A DNA stretch of 64,000 bases from IMG/VR virus record IMGVR_UViG_643348549_000020; one strand, 5' to 3'. Source of the DNA: a virus (lineage: Duplodnaviria > Heunggongvirae > Uroviricota > Caudoviricetes). Below are positions 1-9,642 of this stretch, piece by piece. Under the pieces are notes generated by a model. The model worked only from the letters and a program-made list of their open reading frames with translations, was not told the origin of the DNA and did no database searches. Position 1 is the first letter of the stretch, and each line of letters opens with the position of its first letter. The translations under genes and the position numbers were made by a program.

Positions 1-99
1 TCACATCAGTGATACTCAGCGCATCTTTTGACGTTGAGGCCGATGCATCGGTCAGGCCAGGGGATTTTGGGGAGTAGTATTTCGGTAAATCTTCCAGTT

Positions 100-474
100 T
101 CATTTTTTGACCTGCCCTTCAAGCATTATGGGGTAAATCTTCACCCCCAGACGTCCACCAGATACTGGCTTTCCACGTACAATATTGATTTCATCAAACT
201 GCTCATCGTCCATTAACAACCCCGCGTGCGTCAGCGCATCCAGCGGTGCTTTCAGGATATTGTCCAGGTCGCGGCGGCGCTTATCCGGTGGCTCTGCAAT
301 AATTTTTATTGCCAGCCGTCCGGACAGGCTTAATTTCAGTCGCTGCTGGCGAACAATAAGCGCCACTGCCCGGCGATAACGCTTCCCGGCTTTTGATACA
401 AAATATGTGCTGCCACGGCGTCGCCAGTAAGTGTTCACCGTCGGCGGGTAAGGTAAAACCAAATCTATGAGCAT
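100..474 (-). CDS. rusA: Holliday junction resolvase RusA (prophage Nin region)
   Basis: 124-aa ORF, ATG start; RusA-family sequence with the conserved DLDN acidic motif; sits in the Nin-region position upstream of Q in lambdoid phages. Confidence 0.85.
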   Translation of the reverse strand: MLIDLVLPYPPTVNTYWRRRGSTYFVSKAGKRYRRAVALIVRQQRLKLSLSGRLAIKIIAEPPDKRRRDLDNILKAPLDALTHAGLLMDDEQFDEINIVRGKPVSGGRLGVKIYPIMLEGQVKK

Positions 475-486
475 CAGTCACCTCTT

Positions 487-1536
487 TTACCCGAGCACGC
501 CGGTTGCAAAGGCGTGATCAAGAAAACGAAAAATTAAATCAACCTGAGAACCATGCTTTTCTTCGAACGCCAGCGGATCCGCATGAAGCTCGTTGTGATG
601 CTCCCGACACAGCGGTAGCGTGAAAATATCGTGAGATTTTGTCCCCATTCCGCCCTGACCATGACCAATCAGGTGATGCGGATCGTCGGCTGGCTTACCA
701 CAACACGCACACGGCTGTGTCTTTACCCAGCGTGTGTATTTCTCATTTACCCAGCGGCGACGTTTAGGTCGTTTCATGAAGGATTCCGGAGACTCCGGAT
801 CAACGGCAATGCTGACCACCGTCTTTTCCTGTGGTGGGTTCTGTTGCTGGTGGGTGTGAGGCGGTAGCGCAATATTTTTTGTGCGCTGCTTCAGTATGCT
901 GGTGGCGGTCTGTTCTCCCGGTATGATGTCGCTTTCACGGTATACGGAGCGGATTTTTTCCGCCGGTAATCCCAGAGAACGACGCGCTACTGCCTCAGGT
1001 AGTGCATCCACCACCTGATTGCAGGCCGCCCACCAGGATAATTCAGCCAGAGATAATTCACGCTCCTGTGCGCCATTCATTGCGTGACGGATGATGTCAA
1101 TCATCCAGGCGGCCAGATTCTGTTGAGCAAGTTGATCCAGTGAATCAGATGTCTGCTCCCGCAGCTGGTTGTCGCAGTGCCAGCACAACACCATCGCGCC
1201 GGTACCGTAACGGTGAATGACGGTTTCGCTGTGATGATAATCACCGTGTAGCCACTGGCAGGATTTCACGTGACGTAATAACCAGTCAGACAGTGCACCA
1301 GCGCCACCCGCAGCACGGATCACCCGCTCATCGCTGAAAAATGGCAGTAGTGATTTATCTTCCGCCAGCGGCTGGTGAACGGCAGGTACAACCCCGGACG
1401 GCAGAGCTCGCATGCTTTTTGGTTCCGGCTCCACCAGTATTCTGCCGTTATGGAATGCTGACATTGATTCACGGCCTGGCTTAACGATAACCAGACCGAG
1501 TTCCGGTACCAGAACAGGTCGAAGTAATACCCGCAC
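487..1536 (-). CDS. DUF968-family prophage protein (YdfU-like), Cys/His-rich C-terminus
   Basis: 349-aa ORF with GTG start overlapping the upstream stop; C-terminal CxxC...HH motifs; same position as ydfU in Qin-type prophages. Confidence 0.55.
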   Translation of the reverse strand: MRVLLRPVLVPELGLVIVKPGRESMSAFHNGRILVEPEPKSMRALPSGVVPAVHQPLAEDKSLLPFFSDERVIRAAGGAGALSDWLLRHVKSCQWLHGDYHHSETVIHRYGTGAMVLCWHCDNQLREQTSDSLDQLAQQNLAAWMIDIIRHAMNGAQERELSLAELSWWAACNQVVDALPEAVARRSLGLPAEKIRSVYRESDIIPGEQTATSILKQRTKNIALPPHTHQQQNPPQEKTVVSIAVDPESPESFMKRPKRRRWVNEKYTRWVKTQPCACCGKPADDPHHLIGHGQGGMGTKSHDIFTLPLCREHHNELHADPLAFEEKHGSQVDLIFRFLDHAFATGVLG

Positions 1537-1537
1537 A

Positions 1538-1816
1538 TTACCTCCAGATCCGTTGCTGGAATGTGCGGGACGGACGCGGTGGCCGTTCGGAGTAAGGGGG
1601 CCTGACGGAGATTATCCAGTGACGGTAGTCGAGGCTAAGGGCTTTTTTAACCTCGCATCCGCGCCTGCGGTAACACTGAATGAGCCATTCGGCCTGTTCT
1701 TCAGTGCATGGGGGATGCTGGTACCAGTCAGATTTGAATGCGTGAAAACACCGTCCGCGCCTGCTGGCAAAGACGGCAGAATCATCAGAATTGTGTAGTC
1801 TGGAATTTTGCGCCAT
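1538..1816 (-). CDS. hypothetical prophage protein
   Basis: 92-aa ORF with ATG start, stop overlaps start of downstream gene; no recognised motif. Confidence 0.3.
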   Translation of the reverse strand: MAQNSRLHNSDDSAVFASRRGRCFHAFKSDWYQHPPCTEEQAEWLIQCYRRRGCEVKKALSLDYRHWIISVRPPYSERPPRPSRTFQQRIWR

Positions 1817-1885
1817 CGGCTTTCTCCGGTGGCACAGTGTTACTCAACAGGGGTTCAGCCCTGCGCTGAATTGTAGATGAATTCA

Positions 1886-2143
1886 CTAATCTTCAAAAGC
1901 AGAAAAACCAGCCTTAATCCCAGCTTCTTTCAGAGACGGCAACGATGTGACAAATTCATTTGCACGCAAAATAAAACCATCCGTCACAAGCCCATCCACA
2001 AAATGAATTAACGCAGCTCCACTCTTCCTTTGTTGAGACTGTAAACATTTAATACGGCAGTGGCTGACAATAGCGCCCTTCTCAACGCGCACAGTATAGA
2101 GGCCATCTTCACTAAAAATTTCACGTAATTCTTCGATTCTCAT
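1886..2143 (-). CDS. hypothetical prophage protein (Rem-like position next to hok)
   Basis: 85-aa ORF from internal ATG (track start is TTG); gene order matches rem-hok in Qin-type prophages. Confidence 0.35.
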   Translation of the reverse strand: MRIEELREIFSEDGLYTVRVEKGAIVSHCRIKCLQSQQRKSGAALIHFVDGLVTDGFILRANEFVTSLPSLKEAGIKAGFSAFED

Positions 2144-2363
2144 CAACAGAATCCTTCCAGATAAATAGCACTCCCCTGTTCGGGGTCCATCCCTCTTCTC
2201 CCTGCGCGCTACTTAAGTATTTTTGATTCTATTCCGGCGCCGTCCGGAACTTCAAACGCGTTGAAAATAAAAACAAAAACCCGCCGAAGCGGGTTAAGTG
2301 CGGGTGCGTTGAGGATGCCTGACACATCAGAGGTGGCGAGGGATTTCTCCCCCGCCTGGTCTC

Positions 2364-2519
2364 TTACTCCTCAGGTTCGTAAGCTGTGAAGACAGCGACC
2401 TCCGTCTGGCCGGTTCGGATTCGTACCTCGCAGAGGTCTTTCCTCGTTACCAGTGCCGTCACTATGACGGTTAAACAGATGACGATCAGGGCGATTAGCA
2501 TCGCCTTTTGCTGCTTCAT
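2364..2519 (-). CDS. hok: Hok/Gef-family small membrane toxin
   Basis: 51-aa product MKQQKAMLIALIVICLTVIVTALVTRKDLCEVRIRTGQTEVAVFTAYEPEE, essentially the HokD/RelF sequence as I recall it; single TM helix. Confidence 0.85.
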   Translation of the reverse strand: MKQQKAMLIALIVICLTVIVTALVTRKDLCEVRIRTGQTEVAVFTAYEPEE

Positions 2520-2576
2520 AGCCTGCTTCTCCTTGCCTTTCGGCACGTAAGAGGCTAACCTACGTGTGTAGAGCAT
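2364..2576 (-). CDS. mok: Mok-like N-terminally extended reading frame (translational coupler of hok)
   Basis: In-frame upstream ATG gives a 70-aa ORF with a 19-aa leader before the hok Met, as in mok/hok loci. Confidence 0.5.
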   Translation of the reverse strand: MLYTRRLASYVPKGKEKQAMKQQKAMLIALIVICLTVIVTALVTRKDLCEVRIRTGQTEVAVFTAYEPEE

Positions 2577-2984
2577 AGATATGGCCTCAGATTAATGTTA
2601 AGCGTCTTGCCGGACGCGTAATGTTAACTGGGGCTTTTCTCTATCTGCCGTTGGTGTTCATGCCCGAGGCAGATAGCCTCAAGCACCCGCAGCAATTCTA
2701 CTTAACTCTCGCTTTACCGCAAACCGTTTTTACCCGATATGGGAATTCCCATATCGTAATGAATTCAGTTCCCTAGTCGATCCATCAAAAACACAACCAG
2801 GCAGTAAACGCCCACAACAGCAATAACAGCCAGCGCACCTTCCATTGCCAGTGAAATATCATCCGACATATTCCCTCCTTTGGTGTGAATCCCGGCGAAC
2901 GTTTTTACCCCCACCGACAAATAACATATACTAAAAAATCAATAGCTATAGCAACGCCTGTAATTGCAAAGGCTTCAGGCCAGA

Positions 2985-3347
2985 TCATTGGCGCACCTCC
3001 TGCGGCGGTTCTGGTAGCGGCATCCAGTGTGACGGTTTCCACGACGCACCAGGAATTATCCACCCATCATTAGCGTCAGGATGCCCCGGGATGTAAGTAG
3101 CCAATTTCATTCGCCAGTCACCTTTCCTGTCAAACTCCACGGCAACAAGAACGGCTGTTTTGGTATTCGGCATTCGCTCACTACAGCTTATCCAACCATC
3201 CGGAGTTACCGGAGAATTGCCAGCCTTGCGCATGGCAATCTCCATGATTTCAACCATATCTCCTGGTGGAATTTTACAATGCTGACCAATATGCCTCTGC
3301 TGCCTGGCATATTCGAGGATGTGCTCCAGCTTGATACGATTAATCAT
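2985..3347 (-). CDS. DUF551-like prophage protein
   Basis: 120-aa ORF; first ~61 aa identical to the ORF at 61577-61939 in the second prophage. Confidence 0.55.
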   Translation of the reverse strand: MINRIKLEHILEYARQQRHIGQHCKIPPGDMVEIMEIAMRKAGNSPVTPDGWISCSERMPNTKTAVLVAVEFDRKGDWRMKLATYIPGHPDANDGWIIPGASWKPSHWMPLPEPPQEVRQ

Positions 3348-3715
3348 GATTTATCTCCCTGAAGCATGGCTTCGCGGCAGTCGTTCCAGCCTTCAGCATA
3401 ATCACTATACGCAAGAGGCCAACCGTTTCTGTATTCACGCGGCAACTTATCAGGCACTACCAGCGCTGGCGGCGCGGAGAATAGTGGTTTAGGTGATATT
3501 TCCGCACGTTTTGCGTATGCTTCAACTGTGTCAGGGTTAAACAGGATTATGTTTTCACCGCATTCCCACGCTATCGGTTCTGCTTCCAGCGATGCCAGTG
3601 CAATTTTGAATAACTCGCCCTCTACCCGTGCCATCCCTGAATTGGGGTAGCATTTCGCAATCGCTATTTTTAATTTGGCTTCTTCGATTAATTTCTCTTT
3701 GGTTAATTCAGTCAC
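3344..3715 (-). CDS. hypothetical prophage Nin-region protein
   Basis: 123-aa ORF (GTG start); C-terminal ~86 aa identical to ORF 61224-61580. Confidence 0.45.
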   Translation of the reverse strand: MTELTKEKLIEEAKLKIAIAKCYPNSGMARVEGELFKIALASLEAEPIAWECGENIILFNPDTVEAYAKRAEISPKPLFSAPPALVVPDKLPREYRNGWPLAYSDYAEGWNDCREAMLQGDKS

Positions 3716-3750
3716 TTTTCATTACCGCCCTTTCGGGCGGCCTCCTGACA

Positions 3751-3963
3751 TTAATCGTTGTGATAACTCATAGCTTCATTTGCAGCATCAACTGGATCAA
3801 CATCCCACCAGCAATAATTTGGGTCGACACCTTCAGGTGTCCACGGCTCTAATTCATTTTTTGCCGCATTCTCGTCGCCAGTAATTTTAAAAATCTGCTC
3901 TGAGAACTTTTTCACCCACTCGTTATATTTTTCAGCGTTAATAACTTTCTGTGCGTTTGACAT
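3751..3963 (-). CDS. hypothetical prophage protein
   Basis: 70-aa ORF, ATG start, co-directional with neighbours. Confidence 0.35.
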   Translation of the reverse strand: MSNAQKVINAEKYNEWVKKFSEQIFKITGDENAAKNELEPWTPEGVDPNYCWWDVDPVDAANEAMSYHND

Positions 3964-4011
3964 TGATATACCTCCGGTTAAGGATTAAATTTTTAACAGA
4001 GCTAAATTTAA

Positions 4012-4368
4012 TTATTCAGTTCTGGATTTTGTCACCCTGCGTATCCGCGCTTTCACGTTACGCTCAATCTGAATTAGCTTTTCTATATTTCTCCGCCTTT
4101 CCCGTTCCTCCTGGCGCAAGATCCTTACATCATCTGCCAGTCTGGTTTCTCTTTTCGCCACAGAGAGCATCCAGTCAAATGGCTCCACAACTGCACCGCA
4201 GATTTTACAGCGGACCTGACGCTCTTTTTCGTCAACCCGAACAGAGGCGTGATGACAATATGCTCTTTCCGATGGCTCATAAAGAAAATTAACCTGATTA
4301 CGTGGGTCATCCTCTTTTACCGGAAATAAAACGATATTGCTTAACTCATCTTCTGGTTTTATTTCCAT
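4012..4368 (-). CDS. hypothetical prophage protein with possible zinc-binding Cys/His cluster
   Basis: Start moved to internal ATG with AGGAG Shine-Dalgarno 7 nt upstream; CHH...CKICG motif. Confidence 0.4.
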   Translation of the reverse strand: MEIKPEDELSNIVLFPVKEDDPRNQVNFLYEPSERAYCHHASVRVDEKERQVRCKICGAVVEPFDWMLSVAKRETRLADDVRILRQEERERRRNIEKLIQIERNVKARIRRVTKSRTE

Positions 4369-4424
4369 GCTCTTCTCCTTTGATGTGAATGCCAGCGACA
4401 ATTGAAGCCTGATAGCTAATTCAC

Positions 4425-4820
4425 TCACAATACCGCCTCCTGAAAATTGCCCTGATAGAACGCCAGTACACGCAGCATAACTTCACTCTTCCGGCACTCG
4501 CCACAGATTATGTTCTGTTGTCTGTCGTAGCGGCGTATTTCTCCGTCTGGTAACTTTCGAATCAATGTCTGGTCGGTTGTTTTCTCCGCTGCCTTACGCC
4601 ATACGCGATACACCTGTTCTGATGTAAAAACACCGTATTTACCGGGCATGTATAAATCGCCGCAAGCCAGTACATCCACAAGGCAACGTCTGACTGAATG
4701 CCAGCCTGCTCCCGTCGCTCTCTCCAGTTGTGATATCGTCATGCGTTCATTTTTGCGTACCAGCCCGATAATTCGGGCCTTCAGTTCTTCACGCTGTTCG
4801 TGTGTAAAAGGTTTCGCCAT
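4425..4820 (-). CDS. hypothetical prophage protein
   Basis: 131-aa ORF from ATG with GGAGG Shine-Dalgarno (track start is TTG). Confidence 0.4.
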   Translation of the reverse strand: MAKPFTHEQREELKARIIGLVRKNERMTISQLERATGAGWHSVRRCLVDVLACGDLYMPGKYGVFTSEQVYRVWRKAAEKTTDQTLIRKLPDGEIRRYDRQQNIICGECRKSEVMLRVLAFYQGNFQEAVL

Positions 4821-4835
4821 AAGCGCCTCCGGCAA

Positions 4836-5606
4836 TCACTTTTCCGACACAATACGACCGGATGAATCGACAATCTGCCGAACAATATCCCGGTGCTTGT
4901 TCAGCTCCCGCAGCGCGGCGCAGACACGCTCCCACTTCTGAACCTGACCTTTTGCCCGGCGCAGCTCGCGGTTAGCCACATGCAGCGATGGTAAAATCAG
5001 ACCATCCGGATGTTTTCTGGTGAACAACGGCTGTGACTGCACTGTGACCGCCACACTTTCAGTTTTTATTTCTTCCTGTGTTTCCGCTTCCCGGACTGGT
5101 AACGCAACACCTGTTGGCTGAGGAAAGGCTTTACCATCGGTTTCCGTTACCGATGCAGCTTCCGGCTCTGCCGGTAAATCAGCGCCCGGTATGCAGTAAC
5201 GAAATTTACCGTTCTGATTTACGCGTGCCAGGCTCCCCGTTGCTGTTACGACCGCCAACGTGGAAGCAACCTTGCGAATGCTAACACCGAACTTATCCGC
5301 CAGTTCCTCACACGTTTTAGCCCCATCCTGACAGATAAACTCAATCATCATGTCCGCAGTAACTTTTTGTTCGACCTCCCCGGTCAGCACATCCGGTACT
5401 TCAGACTGTGCTGGCTGTTCTTCGGTTACCCCGGATTCACCTTCACCAGCCAGAAACCAGGTGTGACCCGTTTTATCAACAACGCCATTTTTTTTGAGTT
5501 CCCACAGTTCGTTGAGAACTTCTTCACGGCTGATATCAAGCCGCGCCGCCAGTTCAACAGAATTGGCTTTACCCATCGCTTTCAGTGCATGCAATACGGT
5601 TCCCAT
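4836..5606 (-). CDS. hypothetical prophage protein with N-terminal winged-helix-like region
   Basis: Start moved to internal ATG with GGAGG Shine-Dalgarno 8 nt upstream; 256 aa. Confidence 0.45.
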   Translation of the reverse strand: MGTVLHALKAMGKANSVELAARLDISREEVLNELWELKKNGVVDKTGHTWFLAGEGESGVTEEQPAQSEVPDVLTGEVEQKVTADMMIEFICQDGAKTCEELADKFGVSIRKVASTLAVVTATGSLARVNQNGKFRYCIPGADLPAEPEAASVTETDGKAFPQPTGVALPVREAETQEEIKTESVAVTVQSQPLFTRKHPDGLILPSLHVANRELRRAKGQVQKWERVCAALRELNKHRDIVRQIVDSSGRIVSEK

Positions 5607-5640
5607 TAAAATTTCCTCCGGATAAAAATTACTTCTCAAA

Positions 5641-6306
5641 TCAGACAAAACCAGCCGCTTTCCGGCGTTCATACTCCTGTTTCAGCAACTCAATTGGCGT
5701 TGGTCCCAACGGGCGTTTTGGTGCCGCCAGTTGTCGCCGTACTGGCGGAACGCTCAGGCCGTTACTAACATGCTTTGCCCATTTCGTCAGCTGCCGTTCT
5801 GCAAGCCGTTTTAATTCCCCTTCGGTCATCTGGCGTTCAATCCCCTTTGAACGCATCTCGAGGCAAATGTGATACAGCACAGGCTGAGGCCACGGATATT
5901 TGTCGCTTCCGTTATATCGCCAGGACTCATTACGCCAGCGGCGATACTCCTCCATCACAGCATCCACCGTCAGGCCAAATGGATTGGCCCCGCTTTCCGA
6001 AATCAGCGCCACAAACTCAGCCAGGTCCGGAGGCCATGTTTCACCCGCCCGGCAGCGGTCCATGCACTGGCGGCAGACCTGCCGGATTTGCTGCTCAGTC
6101 ATCGCGCCAATCTGTGCAATCCAGAGCTTCGAAGGTGCGGCCCCGTTCTTCTGGGTCCAGCGGTTCGAATAAACCTCCCCCATGAGTTCCCACAGCTTCC
6201 AGGCCGTTTCCGTCGCTGATAAATCCGTTTTCACGTTCCCACTGCTCACGTGCTGCCCGAATTTCCTGAACTGCCCGTGATGCGGTGCCACCTGGTGCTG
6301 CTGCAT
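5641..6306 (-). CDS. replication protein P-like (helicase loader family)
   Basis: 221-aa ORF with strong AAGGGGG Shine-Dalgarno; blocks resembling lambda P; start uncertain because it overlaps the upstream gene by ~210 nt. Confidence 0.5.
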   Translation of the reverse strand: MQQHQVAPHHGQFRKFGQHVSSGNVKTDLSATETAWKLWELMGEVYSNRWTQKNGAAPSKLWIAQIGAMTEQQIRQVCRQCMDRCRAGETWPPDLAEFVALISESGANPFGLTVDAVMEEYRRWRNESWRYNGSDKYPWPQPVLYHICLEMRSKGIERQMTEGELKRLAERQLTKWAKHVSNGLSVPPVRRQLAAPKRPLGPTPIELLKQEYERRKAAGFV

Positions 6307-7135
6307 GGTTTACCCCCTTGCTGACTGGTTTAACCTGCGCCCTGACGTGATTTACGTGACGGGCGAATTTCTGCTCCCACTGAATCTGCGTAAACACTTT
6401 CCCCTCCGCTGCCCAGTAGTCCCGGAATGCGGTAAGTTCAGCAGGTGTAAATTCTGTCTCCGGCAAAGCCATCCCCCACAACGCAGCCCGTCGTCGAAAA
6501 TCCCGTGACGGATACCAGCTATCGGTCATCGGAAATTTTCCGATGGGTTCGCTCAGGCCATCCAGGAATACATGGGGGGCTGCCTGTAACGACAAAACTT
6601 CCTGCTCACTGGTCGGAGCACTCTCGCGTGCGTTATGTGTGGGGTTTAGATCTTTGGGTTCCTTTGGGTTCCGTGATCCGTTTTTGGGTGTCTTTGATGG
6701 AAAATTTGGGTGTCTTTGGTTATTTTCCATGCAACAAAGAGTTCCGTTTTTGGGGCTCTTTTGTGCTGAAACATAACCGTTTTCGGTACTGTTTTTATTA
6801 ACAGCACCAATTTTACCCACCTTTAAAGACACCCGTTTTTGGGTGTATTCAGGCTCGGCAACACTTTCTTCTACACCGATAAGTCGGTACACCACAATTT
6901 GCTTTGTTCTGCCTTTTCTCTCACCGGTATCAACAATTAACCCAATCTCCATCAGGTGTCGTAAGCTGTCCTGCACAGTCTTTTTGTTCAGTTCCGTTAC
7001 TTCTGCCAGTGCAGATACAGACGGGTATGCACACAAATCGGCACCGCACATATCAGCAAGCCAGGTCAATACAGACTTACTGGATGAACTGCCGGTTTTC
7101 ACCTTTTTAGCCCATCGTAGTGCATCGATACTCAT
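6095..7135 (-). CDS. replication initiator (N-terminal winged-helix O-like domain, C-terminal DnaT-like region)
   Basis: Start at internal ATG (MSIDALRW...) with Shine-Dalgarno; iteron-like repeats lie inside the gene as in lambda O/ori. Confidence 0.55.
   Translation of the reverse strand: MSIDALRWAKKVKTGSSSSKSVLTWLADMCGADLCAYPSVSALAEVTELNKKTVQDSLRHLMEIGLIVDTGERKGRTKQIVVYRLIGVEESVAEPEYTQKRVSLKVGKIGAVNKNSTENGYVSAQKSPKNGTLCCMENNQRHPNFPSKTPKNGSRNPKEPKDLNPTHNARESAPTSEQEVLSLQAAPHVFLDGLSEPIGKFPMTDSWYPSRDFRRRAALWGMALPETEFTPAELTAFRDYWAAEGKVFTQIQWEQKFARHVNHVRAQVKPVSKGVNHAAAPGGTASRAVQEIRAAREQWERENGFISDGNGLEAVGTHGGGLFEPLDPEERGRTFEALDCTDWRDD
6640..6850. repeat. iteron-like direct/inverted repeats (GGGTGTCTTT core), putative replication origin
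   Basis: GGGTGTCTTT at 6686-6695 and 6708-6717, inverted copy at 6825-6834, related TTTGGGT copies nearby, inside the initiator gene. Confidence 0.45.
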
Positions 7136-7658
7136 ACGAACCCCTGGCAGATATTTGTTTATCTGCAAAGTAATATTGATACTGCTGACGATACGCATGC
7201 TTGAAAGCAATAGCTTTTTCTATAAGCTCGTCAGTCTCACGTTCCACAACAGCTGGATCCGCAAAAAGCAGCCCGGACTCCACCACATCGCCATATTCTT
7301 TGTTTAATCCGGCGATCATGTACGTAATGCTTTTTCCATCACTGATCTCACGATACAACCTGAAATCACTAATTCGGATAGCCTCCATAATTGCCGGAAT
7401 CAGCGCCGTGAATTTTTCCCGCTTATCCCTGGTGTCGATAGCTTTCCAGCGTTCGAATATCTTCACCCGGTTAACGCCCAGCGCCCGTTGATCAACCTCG
7501 CCATCATTAAACGTGACGCGTTGAACATCGATGTTCGGGCGTTCTTTCAGAGCCCAGAATGCTTCCGTGATTAATATCGTCGCCTGCTCCTGTGTCATTC
7601 CTGGTCGACATACCCAGGCATCCAGAGCCTCACAAACCTGTTCAGGGGTGATTTTCAT
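7107..7658 (-). CDS. early regulatory protein in the CII/YdaT position (function uncertain)
   Basis: 183-aa ORF with ATG start immediately downstream of the Cro-like gene. Confidence 0.4.
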   Translation of the reverse strand: MKITPEQVCEALDAWVCRPGMTQEQATILITEAFWALKERPNIDVQRVTFNDGEVDQRALGVNRVKIFERWKAIDTRDKREKFTALIPAIMEAIRISDFRLYREISDGKSITYMIAGLNKEYGDVVESGLLFADPAVVERETDELIEKAIAFKHAYRQQYQYYFADKQISARGSYEYRCTTMG

Positions 7659-7869
7659 TGTTCAACCGCCCCGCCCGCTTTGCCTTACGATATTCGTCAT
7701 AAACTTTGGGGTCGTACTGAAGTTCCCCGCCGGATGCCTCTTGCAGGCGCATCGCGCGACCTTCAGGAACCAGTTCCCCCCATTGAGAAACAGCAGATGG
7801 ATCAACACCAGCAGCTTTCGCTACTTTGGCTTTCGTCCCATAAAAATTAATTACGTCTGATTTAAACAT
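7642..7869 (-). CDS. Cro/DicC-like DNA-binding protein
   Basis: 75-aa ORF from ATG with GGAGG Shine-Dalgarno; divergent from the DicA-like repressor; HTH-like sequence. Confidence 0.65.
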   Translation of the reverse strand: MFKSDVINFYGTKAKVAKAAGVDPSAVSQWGELVPEGRAMRLQEASGGELQYDPKVYDEYRKAKRAGRLNNENHP

Positions 7870-7946
7870 CACCCCTCCAAAGTTGAGTTTTCTCAATAGT
7901 AATCACTCAAGGAATCTCAAGTCAAGGGTGATTAAGATATCTAAAT
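7870..7946. promoter_or_regulatory. divergent immunity-region promoter/operator between cro-like and repressor genes
   Basis: 77-bp AT-rich intergenic region between divergently oriented regulator genes; by analogy with dicA/dicC. Confidence 0.4.
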
Positions 7947-8354
7947 ATGAACGAGAAAACTTTAGGTCAACGAATTAGAGAAAGACGCAAACAGGTTGGT
8001 TTAAGTCAAAACGATTTAAGCAAAGCCGCTGGCGTATCTGGCTCATCAATTTCACTATGGGAAAGCGACCATACAGCCCCGCGCGGGCAAAATTTGCATC
8101 GCCTGGCTGAGGTATTGCAATGTTCACCAACTTGGATACTGTTTGGTGACGAGGATAAAACACCAGATCCACCAGTTGCACTCAACAGCGCCTTAGACTT
8201 ATCGGAAGATGAGTTGGAGATGTTGCGATTGTATCGCGCACTTCCAAAATCAGAGCAGCAAGCACAAATCAGCGAACTCCGTGCCCGCGTTGAGAATTTT
8301 AATCGCCTATTCACCGAGCTACTAGAAGCTCGCAAACGTAACAAACATCAGTAA
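7947..8354 (+). CDS. dicA: DicA-like XRE-family repressor
   Basis: 135 aa; N-terminal HTH; C-terminal LQCSPTWILFGDEDK block matches DicA as I recall it. Confidence 0.8.
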   Translation: MNEKTLGQRIRERRKQVGLSQNDLSKAAGVSGSSISLWESDHTAPRGQNLHRLAEVLQCSPTWILFGDEDKTPDPPVALNSALDLSEDELEMLRLYRALPKSEQQAQISELRARVENFNRLFTELLEARKRNKHQ

Positions 8355-8543
8355 CCCCCTTCACAAATTTTAAAGCCTTACATTTCAATGTATTGGCTTT
8401 ATTTTGCATTAAATATTGAGTTTTCTCATTAAAAATACTTGACCAACATTCATGAGAAAACTAAATTACCACCCATCAAGACACCGCACGGTGTTCTCAG
8501 CAAACAGTTCCGCTACCCGGCGTTAAGGGGAAATGAGGTCAGC

Positions 8544-8699
8544 ATGGATACTATCGATCTTGGCAACAGCGAATCTCTGGTATGTGGCGTGTTCCCCAAC
8601 CAGGACGGCACGTTCACCGCGATGACGTATACCAAAAGCAAAACGTTTAAAACCGAAAATGGTGCCCGTCGCTGGCTGGAAAGAAACTCAGGTGAGTGA
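8544..8699 (+). CDS. ydfA: YdfA-like small protein (DUF1391)
   Basis: 51 aa from ATG with GAGG Shine-Dalgarno; first gene after the dicA-like repressor. Confidence 0.55.
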   Translation: MDTIDLGNSESLVCGVFPNQDGTFTAMTYTKSKTFKTENGARRWLERNSGE

Positions 8700-8700
8700 T

Positions 8701-8829
8701 ATGGATTTCGACACAATCATGGAAAAGGCTTATGAAGAATACTTCGAAGGTCTTGCCGACGGCGAAGAAGCTCTCAGCTTCAACGAATTTAAACAGGCGC
8801 TTTCCAGCTCGGCAAAATCTAACGGCTGA
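8701..8829 (+). CDS. ydfB: YdfB-like small protein
   Basis: 42-aa ORF MDFDTIMEKAYEEYFEGLADGEEALSFNEFKQALSSSAKSNG starting 1 nt after the ydfA stop; below the ORF-track size cut-off, found by manual translation. Confidence 0.5.
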   Translation: MDFDTIMEKAYEEYFEGLADGEEALSFNEFKQALSSSAKSNG

Positions 8830-8858
8830 TAAGCGAAACAGCACCGCGAGGAATCAGT

Positions 8859-9077
8859 ATGCAGAAACGAGAACCCGTCATCATCGCACCAGACTATACC
8901 GATGATGAACTTTATGAGTGGATGCGCCAGAAAATTAATGCAGCGCAGGATCTGAAATGGGCCAATGAAGCCAGGGCTAAGCAGGCTGAAAAACTGTCCG
9001 CTCTGGAGCAGGATATCACCAATCTGGAAAAAGCAGCGGCATTAAGCATTGCCAGAATGATTACATACCCGCGTTAA
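8859..9077 (+). CDS. ydfC: YdfC-like protein
   Basis: 72-aa ORF with GAGGA Shine-Dalgarno; operon position matches ydfC. Confidence 0.5.
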   Translation: MQKREPVIIAPDYTDDELYEWMRQKINAAQDLKWANEARAKQAEKLSALEQDITNLEKAAALSIARMITYPR

Positions 9078-9417
9078 TAGCTAACCAACGAAGCTAAGGT
9101 TGGTAATTAAGTAGTTCTCCACGGGTGAGGTGGAGTGCGTGCGCCGGACGCGGGTGAGCATCCGGCACTGACAGTTTACTGAAAGGATATTTCCCTGAAA
9201 AGTCAGACCATAACGCGAAAGCGCACGGCGAGGTAGCTGGTTCATAGATAGCCTGTCGTTAAATTTTCGTCGACCGTGCGCTTCCGGTTGTGGCAACCCG
9301 CGAAATGGTGCGGCGGTAAGTATGGCGGGGTTATTTCTTCCCCGTTGAGGACACCGGGTTGTCAGGTTGACCATACGCTTAAGTGACAACCCCGCTGCAA
9401 CGCCTTCTGTTATCAAT

Positions 9418-9475
9418 TTTCTGGTGACGTTTGGCGGTATCAGTTTTACTCCGTGACTGCTCTGCCGCCCTTTTT
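9418..9475 (+). ncRNA. dicF: DicF antisense sRNA (targets ftsZ and other mRNAs)
   Basis: TTTCTGGTGACGTTTGGCGGTATCAGTTTTACTCCGTGACTGCTCTGCCGCCCTTTTT matches DicF as I remember it, ending in a GC stem plus T-run, between ydfC and dicB. Confidence 0.6.
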
Positions 9476-9642
9476 AAAGTGAATTTTGTGATGTGGTGAA
9501 TGCGGCTGAGCGCACGCGGAACAGTTAAAGCTAAAAACAGCGTTATGGGTGATTCTGTATTCCGGCGTTAATTGTTAACTGGTTAACGTCACCTGGAGGC
9601 ACCAGGCACCACATCACAAAATTCATTGTTGAGGACGCGATA

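Noticed and set aside
1320-1538. 72-aa minus-strand ORF starting at the TAATG overlap
   Set aside because: Alternative frame inside the DUF968 gene; the DUF968 frame continues for 349 codons, so the short frame is most likely spurious.
6505-6801. Plus-strand ORFs of 77-98 aa over the iteron region
   Set aside because: Antisense to the replication initiator gene and produced by the repetitive T/G-rich iteron sequence.
9081-9416. 111-aa minus-strand ORF
   Set aside because: Lies antisense in the ydfC-DicF intergenic region of a well-defined plus-strand operon; no Shine-Dalgarno; likely spurious.
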